Position numbers and translations under genes: made by a program. The notes beneath the pieces were generated by a model, which ran no database searches, had not been told where the DNA came from, and was given only the letters and a program-made list of their open reading frames with translations. Shown here piece by piece: positions 35,441 through 44,157 of a stretch of 44,273 nucleotides of DNA. The stretch's first letter is position 1. Each line of letters opens with the position of its first letter. Where the stretch lies: contig CAJXJI010000002.1 in the NCBI GenBank assembly GCA_913054235.1, positions 1 to 44,273 of the forward strand, written 5' to 3'. This DNA is from an uncultured bacterium. Its GTDB lineage: Bacteria; Patescibacteriota; Minisyncoccia; Minisyncoccales; UBA10102.

Positions 35441-36637
35441 CTATGCAATGATTTTACTTACAACTCCTGCTCCTACGGTCTTTCCACCTTCTCGAATAGC
35501 AAATCTCTGGTTCTCTTCCATGGCAATAGGTACCAAAAGTTTTACCTTAAAGTTTACAGTATCTCCTGGCATTACCATTTCAACTCCATCTGGAAGTTCA
35601 ACGTCTCCTGTAACATCAGTAGTTCTAAAGTAGAACTGAGGCTTGTATCCTTTAAAGAATGGGGTGTGTCTTCCACCTTCCTCTTTTGCCAAGATGTATA
35701 CCTCTGCTTCAAACTCAGTGTGTGGAGTTACAGATCCTGGCTTTGCCAAAACCTGCCCTCTCTCAATCTCCTCTTTCTTGGTTCCACGAAGCAAAATACC
35801 AACGTTATCCCCTGCTCGTCCTTCATCCAAGGACTTGTTAAACATTTCAACAGATACAACAACAGTTTTGCTAGTTGGCTTAATACCAATCACTTCAATT
35901 TCTTCGTTTGAGTTCACAATACCGCGTTCAATTCTTCCAGTAGCTACTGTTCCTCTTCCTTCAATTGAGAAAACATCTTCTATTGCCATTAAGAATGGCT
36001 TGTCTACTTCACGAACAGGCTCTGGAATATATTCATCTACCTTGGCCATGAGCTCCAAGATAGGCTTTACTGCTTCGTCATCAGCAGAAGTTGCTTCCAA
36101 TGCTTTTAAAGCAGATCCACGAATCACAGGAACATCGTCTCCAGGATACTGATATTTATTCAATAGCTCTCGTACTTCAGACTCTACCAAGTCTGCGATC
36201 TCAGGATCATCCACCATGTCAATCTTGTTTAAAAAGACAACAATAGATGGGATTCCAACCTGCCGCGCCAAAAGAATATGTTCTCTTGTTTGAGGCATAG
36301 GACCGTCTGGAGCTGAAACCACCAAAATGGCTCCATCCATCTGAGCTGCTCCCGTAATCATGTTCTTAATGTAGTCTGCGTGTCCTGGAGCATCAATGTG
36401 AGCATAGTGACGAGCGTCAGTCTCATACTCCAAGTGAGCGATATTAATAGTAATACCACGCTGCTTCTCTTCTGGAGCAGCATCAATCTGATCAATAGAT
36501 TTCTCTGTAACATTCTTTCCTGCCAACTTCAATGAATGAAGGATGGCTGCTGATAGTGTTGTCTTCCCGTGATCAACGTGACCAATAGTACCAATGTTGA
36601 CGTGGGGCTTTGTTCGTTCAAATTTTTCTGTTGCCAT
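35441..36637 (-). CDS. tuf: Elongation factor Tu
   Basis: [33 protein letters not shown]. Confidence 0.98.
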   Translation of the reverse strand: MATEKFERTKPHVNIGTIGHVDHGKTTLSAAILHSLKLAGKNVTEKSIDQIDAAPEEKQRGITINIAHLEYETDARHYAHIDAPGHADYIKNMITGAAQMDGAILVVSAPDGPMPQTREHILLARQVGIPSIVVFLNKIDMVDDPEIADLVESEVRELLNKYQYPGDDVPVIRGSALKALEATSADDEAVKPILELMAKVDEYIPEPVREVDKPFLMAIEDVFSIEGRGTVATGRIERGIVNSNEEIEVIGIKPTSKTVVVSVEMFNKSLDEGRAGDNVGILLRGTKKEEIERGQVLAKPGSVTPHTEFEAEVYILAKEEGGRHTPFFKGYKPQFYFRTTDVTGDVELPDGVEMVMPGDTVNFKVKLLVPIAMEENQRFAIREGGKTVGAGVVSKIIA

Positions 36638-36678
36638 GTATTGTTATATTATTCTTTGTTATTTACTTAGTATTGCTA

Positions 36679-36891
36679 TTATAGGGGTAAATCATCAATT
36701 GTCAACTCTCCTGGTAAAGAACCCATATTCTCCTCTGGCAAAAGAGGTTCAACTACCTCCTCTTGTTTATTCTTGGCGTCCTCATTATCATCCTCATAGG
36801 GAGAAATTATCATCACAGGCTTTCCATTCTCAACAATGATAATCTTTCCCTTATCTTTTTTGAGTATGCGCTTTAAATCTTCAAGATCCAT
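36679..36891 (-). CDS. Small acidic protein with Phd/YefM-antitoxin-like N-terminus (70 aa)
   Basis: The KGKIIIVENGKPVMIISPYED motif resembles Phd/YefM. It is followed by an acidic, low-complexity tail ending ELTIDDLPL. ATG start 5 nt after the fusA stop. Confidence 0.5.
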   Translation of the reverse strand: MDLEDLKRILKKDKGKIIIVENGKPVMIISPYEDDNEDAKNKQEEVVEPLLPEENMGSLPGELTIDDLPL

Positions 36892-36896
36892 GGTTT

Positions 36897-39005
<2,109 letters not shown>

Positions 39006-39011
39006 ATATTT

Positions 39012-39479
39012 TTACCAAGCAAAATGTGCAAATGCCCTATTGGCTTCTGCCATGCGATGAGTATCTTCTTTTTTCTTAAAAGCTGTACCTTCTCGGTTAT
39101 ACGCTGCCATAAGTTCTTCAGCTAACTTCTCGCGCATAGGCTTTCCTTTCTTGCCTCGCGCAGCTGTAATAATCCAACGGGTAGCTAGGGATTCCTTTCG
39201 ATGATCCTTAACCTGTACGGGAACCTGATAGGTAGCGCCTCCAACTCTTTTGGAGCGAACCTCAAGTAATGGAGCCACGTTTTCCAGAGCCTTCACAAAT
39301 ATCTCTACAGGGTCTTTTTTTGTCTTTTCTTTAATGATCTCTAAAGCCCCATACACAATTTTTCGTGCGGCAGATTTTTTACCCTGCATCATAATATGAT
39401 TAATGAACTTTGCCACTTGAATGTTGTTGTGACGAAGATCAGGATTTGGAATTCGTTTTTGTATCTTGTATCGGGGCAT
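39012..39479 (-). CDS. rpsG: 30S ribosomal protein S7
   Basis: [16 protein letters not shown] ... [15 protein letters not shown] ... C-terminal AFAHFAW. Confidence 0.96.
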   Translation of the reverse strand: MPRYKIQKRIPNPDLRHNNIQVAKFINHIMMQGKKSAARKIVYGALEIIKEKTKKDPVEIFVKALENVAPLLEVRSKRVGGATYQVPVQVKDHRKESLATRWIITAARGKKGKPMREKLAEELMAAYNREGTAFKKKEDTHRMAEANRAFAHFAW

Positions 39480-39482
39480 ATA

Positions 39483-39893
39483 TTATTTCGCTTTCTTGGT
39501 TCCGTACTTGCTTCGTACTTGTTTTCTTCCTTCAACTCCAGAGGCATCCAAAACACCTCGCACAATGTGATACCTGACTCCAGGAAGATCTTTTACTCTT
39601 CCACCTCGCAGCAAGACCACAGAGTGCTCTTGTAAGTTATGGCCCACCCCAGGAATATATGCAGTAACTTCCATTCCATTGGACAGGCGAACTCTTGCTA
39701 CTTTACGCAATGCAGAGTTTGGTTTCTTTGGAGTGGTCGTAAATACACGCAAACATACTCCGCGTTTATAGGGCGCAGAATACTTTGTGGGCTGATTCTT
39801 TTTTGTATTAAAACCAAAACTCAGGGCAGGCGTCTTGTCCTTCTTTTTTACCCTTTTTCTGGGGTTTTTTAATAATTGATGGATAGTAGGCAT
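39483..39893 (-). CDS. rpsL: 30S ribosomal protein S12
   Basis: [13 protein letters not shown] ... [20 protein letters not shown]. The start is ATG 39893. The track start 39923 is a TTG. Confidence 0.96.
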   Translation of the reverse strand: MPTIHQLLKNPRKRVKKKDKTPALSFGFNTKKNQPTKYSAPYKRGVCLRVFTTTPKKPNSALRKVARVRLSNGMEVTAYIPGVGHNLQEHSVVLLRGGRVKDLPGVRYHIVRGVLDASGVEGRKQVRSKYGTKKAK

Positions 39894-39913
39894 AAAAAAC
39901 AATTTCACACAAA

Positions 39914-39942
39914 AGCTTATCAAAACTTTTATGATTTGTCAA
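39914..39942 (-). promoter_or_regulatory. Sigma70-like promoter of the rpsL-rpsG-fusA-tuf operon
   Basis: Minus-sense TTGACA (39942-39937), N17, TAAGCT (39919-39914), about 20 nt upstream of the rpsL ATG. Confidence 0.5.
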
Positions 39943-39977
39943 TGAATAAGCGTATTTTTACAGAACACGCTCACTGC

Positions 39978-40604
39978 TTAAAAAAATGAAGTTCCGACAA
40001 TAAGGGTAAAGATGAAGTTTACGATAAGGGAAATAAAGGAAAAGAAGAAGAAAATTATAAAGAGTAGCACAAAGATGCCAAAGCGAGAAAGAAAGATACG
40101 CACAGCGTCAAAAGAGCGAGGCAAGAAAGTAAACAAAATATGGGAGCCATCCAATGGCGGAATTGGAAGGAGATTAAATACTGCCAAAAAAATGTTTAAA
40201 AGGACGATATATGAAAAGATTAGGACCAGAGCAGGATTGAGCTCAACTAGAGGCAAGAAGCGCAAGGCTAAGCCAAAGATCACGGCAATGGCTAGATTGG
40301 AACCTGGTCCTGCCAAGCTTACCAGAGCTGATCCATACTTTTTATCCCGTAAGTTTAAAGGATTTACCGGAACAGGCTTTGCCCAGCCAAAGATTATTCC
40401 TCCACTTCCCAATTGAGACATTAAAATAAGAAACCCTGGCAGGAGAATAGACCCTATAGGGTCCAAATGCGGAATAGGATTTAATGTTAACCTCCCTGCA
40501 TTCTTTGCCGTGGGGTCTCCTAAGGCATTTGCAACCACTCCATGTGAAACTTCATGTATCACCACAGAAAATATTAAAATAGCGATAAGAAAGATAAACT
40601 CCAT
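39978..40604 (-). CDS. Site-2 protease family (M50, COG1994) membrane zinc metalloprotease
   Basis: HEVSHG zinc motif in the first TM region and a polytopic membrane profile. 208 aa. Confidence 0.8.
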   Translation of the reverse strand: MEFIFLIAILIFSVVIHEVSHGVVANALGDPTAKNAGRLTLNPIPHLDPIGSILLPGFLILMSQLGSGGIIFGWAKPVPVNPLNLRDKKYGSALVSLAGPGSNLAIAVIFGLALRFLPLVELNPALVLIFSYIVLLNIFLAVFNLLPIPPLDGSHILFTFLPRSFDAVRIFLSRFGIFVLLFIIFFFFSFISLIVNFIFTLIVGTSFF

Positions 40605-40633
40605 ATTGTTTGTAGAACTATTCTATCATAATC

Positions 40634-40661
40634 TTGCAAAAGAAAGAAGATGTGGTACACT
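40634..40661 (+). promoter_or_regulatory. Candidate promoter of rpmB
   Basis: TTGCAA (40634-40639), N16, TACACT (40656-40661), 9 nt before the ATG at 40671. Confidence 0.35.
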
Positions 40662-40670
40662 GTTCCTCGT

Positions 40671-40856
40671 ATGGCACAAGAATGCGCACAGTGTAAAAAA
40701 GGTAGGAATGTTGCCTGGAGACTCGTAAAGCTCCGGGGGAAATATAATCCTACGGTAAAGAGAATTCAAAAGCCCAATTTGCAATGGGCAAGGTTAGATA
40801 CGGGAGAACGCGTAAAACTTTGCACAAAATGCAAAAAGGCATTGGCAAAAACATAA
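40671..40856 (+). CDS. rpmB: 50S ribosomal protein L28 (zinc-ribbon form)
   Basis: MAQECAQCKKGRNVAW...KRIQKPNLQWARL...LCTKCKKAL has the L28 PNLQ motif and CxxC..CxxC. The start is taken at ATG 40671. Confidence 0.8.
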   Translation: MAQECAQCKKGRNVAWRLVKLRGKYNPTVKRIQKPNLQWARLDTGERVKLCTKCKKALAKT

Positions 40857-40888
40857 GAGACCTCCTGTAAAGGTGGTCTCTTTTTTTA
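40856..40888 (+). terminator. Rho-independent terminator of rpmB
   Basis: AGAGACC (40856-40862) / GGTCTCT (40875-40881) followed by T7. Confidence 0.75.
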
Positions 40889-40912
40889 TATACTTAATAT
40901 ACAAAAAACCAC

Positions 40913-40983
40913 CGAGGCATAGTATAGTGGTAATATACATCCATAGAGAGGATGCGGCGGTGGTTCAATTCCACCTATCATGG
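40913..40983 (+). pseudogene. Degenerate tRNA-like element (anticodon-position AGA)
   Basis: The D-arm (GTAT-AGTGGTA-ATAT), anticodon arm (CATCC-ATAGAGA-GGATG) and T-arm (GGTGG-TTCAATT-CCACC) are well formed. The acceptor strands CGAGGCA/TATCATG pair at only 5 of 7 positions, two of them G.U. The 3' half overlaps the start region of the next ORF. Confidence 0.5.
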
Positions 40984-40984
40984 C

Positions 40985-41278
40985 ATGAAATTTAACATCT
41001 CTTTAAAAAACGAACACCTTCTCAACGCTATGAGAAAATGTAAATATGCTCCAGATGGACAAGATCCAAAAACTGGTGAGCTTCGGTTTTTCCGTTCTTT
41101 GGGCGGCAGAAGATATCCTCGCTTCCATATCTATGCTCAAGAACAAGAAGACACAGCAAGTCTTAACATTCATTTGGATCAAAAACAGCAATCGTATGAA
41201 GGCTCCTCTGCGCATAGCGGAGAATATGAAGGATCAATTATAGAGCAAGAAGTAGAGCGAATTCTCAGCCTTGCTTAG
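40985..41278 (+). CDS. Hypothetical small protein (97 aa)
   Basis: MKFNISLKNEHLLNAMRKCKYAPDG...RYPRFHIY...LNIHLDQK. I chose the ATG at 40985. No domain recognised. Confidence 0.55.
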   Translation: MKFNISLKNEHLLNAMRKCKYAPDGQDPKTGELRFFRSLGGRRYPRFHIYAQEQEDTASLNIHLDQKQQSYEGSSAHSGEYEGSIIEQEVERILSLA

Positions 41279-41279
41279 G

Positions 41280-41843
41280 TTAGGGCGAGCTTTCAGGAAG
41301 AACTTGGTCTTTAATCTTTTGCCACCATACAACATCAAAATCTATGAGAAACTGAAGATGAACTTCAGATATCTTTTTGAAAAATTCATTCCCTACTTTT
41401 ACTTCCTCCGCACACTTTGAAAGTAAAGATAGTCTATCTGCAACTTTTACAAGCTGCGCCTCTATACTCTCTCCTTGTGATTCTTCATTCCAAAGACTAA
41501 TGTATTTTTCTTTCATATCATCTGGCAGTCCTTCATACATTTGAGGAATAACTTCTTTGCTTACTTGCAAAATAGCTTCCTTTACTTCCTTTGAATAATG
41601 CTTGAAAGGATTAAGGATATCACCTGAAAACATTTCTTCTGTGTCATGAATTAAAGCCATAGTAATTGCCTTCTCGCGATTTGCTTGTATATCAATTTTT
41701 CCCAAAAGATCGCACAGCAAAGAAACATAGTAAGCAGTATAGAAAGAGTGCTCAGCAACACTCTCTGGAAAATGCTGCGGAGTAGAGCTATATCTCATCA
41801 CATGAGCCAATCCCCTGTTTAAGATATGAGAGAAAATATTCAT
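41280..41843 (-). CDS. HD-domain phosphohydrolase (YfbR-like 5'-nucleotidase family)
   Basis: ESVAEHSFYTAYYVSLL ... ALIHDTEEMFSGDI are the H...HD...D metal-binding motifs. 187 aa. Confidence 0.8.
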   Translation of the reverse strand: MNIFSHILNRGLAHVMRYSSTPQHFPESVAEHSFYTAYYVSLLCDLLGKIDIQANREKAITMALIHDTEEMFSGDILNPFKHYSKEVKEAILQVSKEVIPQMYEGLPDDMKEKYISLWNEESQGESIEAQLVKVADRLSLLSKCAEEVKVGNEFFKKISEVHLQFLIDFDVVWWQKIKDQVLPESSP

Positions 41844-41849
41844 ACCTTA

Positions 41850-41858
41850 ATTATATCA
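41850..41858 (-). promoter_or_regulatory. Extended -10 element giving a leaderless HD-gene mRNA
   Basis: Minus-sense TGATATAAT. Only 6 nt (TAAGGT) separate it from the ATG at 41843. Confidence 0.4.
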
Positions 41859-41865
41859 AAGCTAC

Positions 41866-41936
41866 GCAAAAACAAAACCTCGCTCCAGTTTTGCCCCTGA
41901 CACTCAATATATGTCTTGAAGCAAAGCTGAAGCGAG
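41866..41936 (-). terminator. Long terminator-like hairpin upstream of the HD gene
   Basis: CTCGCTcCAG (41879-41888) / CTGaAGCGAG (41927-41936) with a 38-nt loop. On the minus strand it is followed by GTTTTGTTTTTG. Confidence 0.4.
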
Positions 41937-41998
41937 ATTATGTGCCCGACTCTTCAATAAATATTTCTGACAAAAATCCAAGTGGGTGCCAAGGTGAG

Positions 41999-42018
41999 AT
42001 GTAACCCACGGGTTACAT
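41999..42018. other. Perfect 9+9 palindrome ATGTAACCC-AC-GGGTTACAT
   Basis: Read directly from the sequence. It lies between the ndk terminator and the HD gene. It could be an operator-like site or a hairpin. Confidence 0.6.
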
Positions 42019-42032
42019 TCTGCCCAGCTCCC

Positions 42033-42084
42033 GAAAAAAAATAATAGCAGAAAATTTAAAGGAAGAACGGACTGCTGCTATTAT
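42033..42084 (-). terminator. Rho-independent terminator of ndk
   Basis: 10-bp stem ATAATAGCAG (42041-42050) / CTGCTATTAT (42075-42084). On the minus strand it is followed by T8. Confidence 0.7.
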
Positions 42085-42110
42085 AGCATGCTGGCAAGAC
42101 ACACTGTCAA

Positions 42111-42713
42111 CTACTCGCCAAGGCCGTCTAAATTCACGTCGTAGAGAATCTTCTCTTGCACTACTTTGTAGGCTAAGAGCTCTTCTTTGCTGAACCAATG
42201 CGCAATTTCCATTTCTGCCTCCTCAACAGATCCTGAAGCATGAATAAGGTTTCGAACAGAACGACCATCACGATCTGCCATTTGATAAGAATCTAACACG
42301 AAATCTCCTCGAATAGTTCCGACATCAGAGCTTAAAGGTTCTGTTCCTCCTGTTACTTTTCTTACAATCTCCACGGCATGCGCACCTTGCCAGACCATAG
42401 CAATCACGGGACCAGCAACCATGTATTTTTTTAACCCGTCTAAAATCTTTTGCGAAATTACCAAAGGATCATTGGAAGGAGGTTCCAAATCGCGCTTTTT
42501 GTACGATGCTATGGTTTTCTCTCCAGTTTTTTGAAGCCACGTAGGATCTAATGTATAGTGCTTTTCCACGAAATCAGCATTTGGTATAAGCATTTTTAAG
42601 CCCATTAATTTTAATCCAATACGTTCGTATCTTTGAATAATCTCCCCAATTAGAGAACGCTGAATACCATCTGGCTTAATCACTATCAATGTTTTTTCTT
42701 CTTTTGCGTGCAT
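42111..42713 (-). CDS. ndk: Nucleoside diphosphate kinase (long form, 200 aa)
   Basis: TLIVIKPDGIQRSLIGEIIQRYERIGLKLMGLKM ... GTIRGDF ... NLIHASGS. It has an internal insertion and a C-terminal extension relative to ~140-aa NDKs. Confidence 0.88.
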   Translation of the reverse strand: MHAKEEKTLIVIKPDGIQRSLIGEIIQRYERIGLKLMGLKMLIPNADFVEKHYTLDPTWLQKTGEKTIASYKKRDLEPPSNDPLVISQKILDGLKKYMVAGPVIAMVWQGAHAVEIVRKVTGGTEPLSSDVGTIRGDFVLDSYQMADRDGRSVRNLIHASGSVEEAEMEIAHWFSKEELLAYKVVQEKILYDVNLDGLGE

Positions 42714-42763
42714 AGTTATTTTAAGTAAATAAATAATGTTCCACTCTTGTCTGTTCTTTGTAC

Positions 42764-42901
42764 TTATATACCATACTCCAAGAGATTTACAAGTATTTCA
42801 TCGCTTGGATGTCCGTATCTATTATCTTTACCAACAGAGAGAATCGCAATTTTGGGAGCAACAGCCTCCAAAAATACGCGAGAACTTGAAATCTTTTTCA
42901 T
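42764..42901 (-). pseudogene. Relic of a ComEC/Rec2-type metallo-beta-lactamase C-terminus (45 codons)
   Basis: Minus-strand translation MKKISSSRVFLEAVAPKIAILSVGKDNRYGHPSDEILVNLLEYGI* contains the ComEC C-terminal signature SVGxxNxYGHP. An in-frame TAG lies directly upstream, and there is no upstream coding continuation. Confidence 0.55.
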
Positions 42902-42942
42902 CTAAAAACAATTCATTCTTCTGCTACTCCCTATAACTCTAT

Positions 42943-42965
42943 CAAAAAGCCAACTATATAGCGAT
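42943..42965 (-). repeat. Diverged fourth copy of the terminator/promoter cassette
   Basis: CAAAAAGCCAACTATATAGCGAT versus CAAAAAACCGCCTATATGGCGAT (19 of 23 identical). The context is the same: just downstream of a hairpin plus T-run terminator of a small minus-strand gene. Confidence 0.45.
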
Positions 42966-42974
42966 TTTAGGATA

Positions 42975-43006
42975 TAAAAAAGCGGCAGATACATAGTTCT
43001 GTCGCT
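42975..43006 (-). terminator. Rho-independent terminator of the 43045-43242 gene
   Basis: AGCGGCAGA (42981-42989) / TCTGTCGCT (42998-43006). On the minus strand it is followed by TTTTTT. Confidence 0.6.
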
Positions 43007-43044
43007 CTTGCTTCGCTGTTCACTACGGAACAATCAATACATGT

Positions 43045-43242
43045 TTAGAGCTTTGCTACTGCGAGCTCAGTTTTATCTTCTGGAGCTAAGGCGTCCCATT
43101 CCTTCTGAGTAAACCTGCACCCGCCCTCAAGTACATGACTGTCGCAGTACTTACATTTTGCCAGAATGCGATCCTCTTCACTCCCATCATCGAAGCAAAT
43201 CCAATGATGTTTGAAAAACTTATCTTTTTCATGACCAGGCAT
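43045..43242 (-). CDS. Hypothetical Cys-containing small protein (65 aa)
   Basis: The ATG at 43242 is preceded by AAGGAG with 6-nt spacing. The track start 43260 is a TTG. Sequence MPGHEKDKFFKHHWICFDDG...CKYCDSHVLEGGCRF. Confidence 0.6.
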   Translation of the reverse strand: MPGHEKDKFFKHHWICFDDGSEEDRILAKCKYCDSHVLEGGCRFTQKEWDALAPEDKTELAVAKL

Positions 43243-43270
43243 ATTCTTCTCCTTGGACAAATTTTATCTC

Positions 43271-43298
43271 ACTCTACAGAATTTTTTAAAAGAATCAA
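43271..43298 (-). promoter_or_regulatory. Candidate promoter of the 43045-43242 gene
   Basis: Minus-sense TTGATT (43298-43293), N16, TAGAGT (43276-43271). Confidence 0.35.
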
Positions 43299-43308
43299 GT
43301 CTTACACA

Positions 43309-43367
43309 AATCCCGTCCTCTCATTTCTTGGGCTCAGAAAGCCCACAAGAAATGTGAAGACGGGATT
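43309..43367. other. 59-nt extended imperfect hairpin
   Basis: Outer arms AATCCCGTC (43309-43317) / GACGGGATT (43359-43367). Inner arms ATTTCTTGGGCT / AGCCCACAAGAAAT. Confidence 0.7.
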
Positions 43368-43403
43368 GTACAAACCTATTTACTGATAATAAAGCGAGAA
43401 GGT

Positions 43404-43571
43404 CTACTTTGACCCTAGAATTCGGAACATCTTTGTTCCACATGTTGGGCAGGTGCCTGTCATAGCTCTTCTGGTCTTTCCACCCTTTCCCTTCATAGGG
43501 ACTTCCTTTGGTCCTGAAATCTCTCTTTTTGCTTTACACTTTACGCAATATCCTTCAGTAGGATCAGCCAT
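43404..43571 (-). CDS. DUF5679-type zinc-ribbon small protein (55 aa, absent from the ORF track)
   Basis: Manual translation gives MADPTEGYCVKCKAKREISGPKEVPMKGKGGKTRRAMTGTCPTCGTKMFRILGSK*. The CxxC...CxxC plus GTKMFRI pattern matches my recollection of DUF5679. Confidence 0.7.
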   Translation of the reverse strand: MADPTEGYCVKCKAKREISGPKEVPMKGKGGKTRRAMTGTCPTCGTKMFRILGSK

Positions 43572-43677
43572 ATTATATTTAAATTATATTAGTTAACTCA
43601 ATATATAACTTAGGTAAGCTGCACTATAGCTTTAAGCGACCTTTTTTAGCAAGAAAGCTTTTCTCTTAGCTTCTATT

Positions 43678-43706
43678 AGCTTAAAGAAAGCATAAACACT
43701 AGTCAA
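43678..43706 (-). promoter_or_regulatory. Sigma70-like promoter proximal to the DUF5679 gene
   Basis: Minus-sense TTGACT (43706-43701), N17, TAAGCT (43683-43678). Confidence 0.45.
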
Positions 43707-43714
43707 GCCCCTTT

Positions 43715-43868
43715 AATATTTTCAGAGACAGGGTGCGTAGGAGTATTACGACCCTGTCTCTTTCCTTCTTTGTGCCTCAGCACAGCACAAAGAATATTCC
43801 CTAGGCGCTAAAGGCTAACTCAGCTCTAGGGAGAACCTCTCACAGCCCGAGCCCAGGCAGTAAGAAGT
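43715..43868 (-). ncRNA. GC-enriched structured RNA or long structured leader (three strong hairpins)
   Basis: Hairpins are CCCTAG/CTAGGG (43799-43831), CTTTGTGC/GCACAAAG (43768-43792) and AGAGACAGGGT/ACCCTGTCTCT (43724-43761). It lies downstream of the promoter at 43875-43903. No T-run terminator on the minus strand. Confidence 0.3.
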
Positions 43869-43874
43869 TATTTC

Positions 43875-43903
43875 TCTATATATCTTCCTTTAAATTGAGT
43901 CAA
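43875..43903 (-). promoter_or_regulatory. Sigma70-like promoter just after the csp terminator
   Basis: Minus-sense TTGACT (43903-43898), N17, TATAGA (43880-43875). Confidence 0.45.
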
Positions 43904-43911
43904 GCTAAATT

Positions 43912-43941
43912 AAAACAAAAACACCCCCATAGTGAGGGTGT
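43912..43941 (-). terminator. Rho-independent terminator of the cold-shock gene
   Basis: Minus-sense ACACCC-tcactatg-GGGTGT followed by TTTTGTTTT. Confidence 0.7.
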
Positions 43942-43953
43942 CTTTGATAGTTG

Positions 43954-44157
43954 TTACTCTGACTTGTTAACGTTGGTAGCGTTAGGTCCTTTAGGACTTT
44001 CCCCTATATCAAACGTTACTTTGTCTCCTTCACGAAGATCTTTGAATTCAACGTTCTTGAGTTCATTAGAGTGGAAAAAGAGATCTTTTTCCTCTCCCTC
44101 AACAGTGATGAATCCGAATCCTCGGTCAGTCAATCGAGCGATAGTTCCTTCTGGCAT
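43954..44157 (-). CDS. cspA: Cold-shock domain protein (67 aa)
   Basis: GTIARLTDRGFGFITVEGEEKDLFFHSNEL contains the RNP1/RNP2 motifs. The start is taken at ATG 44157. Confidence 0.9.
   Translation of the reverse strand: MPEGTIARLTDRGFGFITVEGEEKDLFFHSNELKNVEFKDLREGDKVTFDIGESPKGPNATNVNKSE

Noticed and set aside
40901-40916. ACAAAAAACCACCGAGG as a fifth copy of the repeated cassette.
   Set aside because: It shares only the A-run plus CC(A/G)CC (about 12 nt) and then diverges completely. This is indistinguishable from generic terminator-flank composition.
42085-42110. A consensus-looking TTGACA ... TGCTATAAT promoter overlapping the ndk stop.
   Set aside because: The spacer is 19 nt. The TATAAT is part of the 10-bp stem of the ndk terminator, so a transcript would terminate within ~40 nt. 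Most simply a coincidence of terminator sequence.
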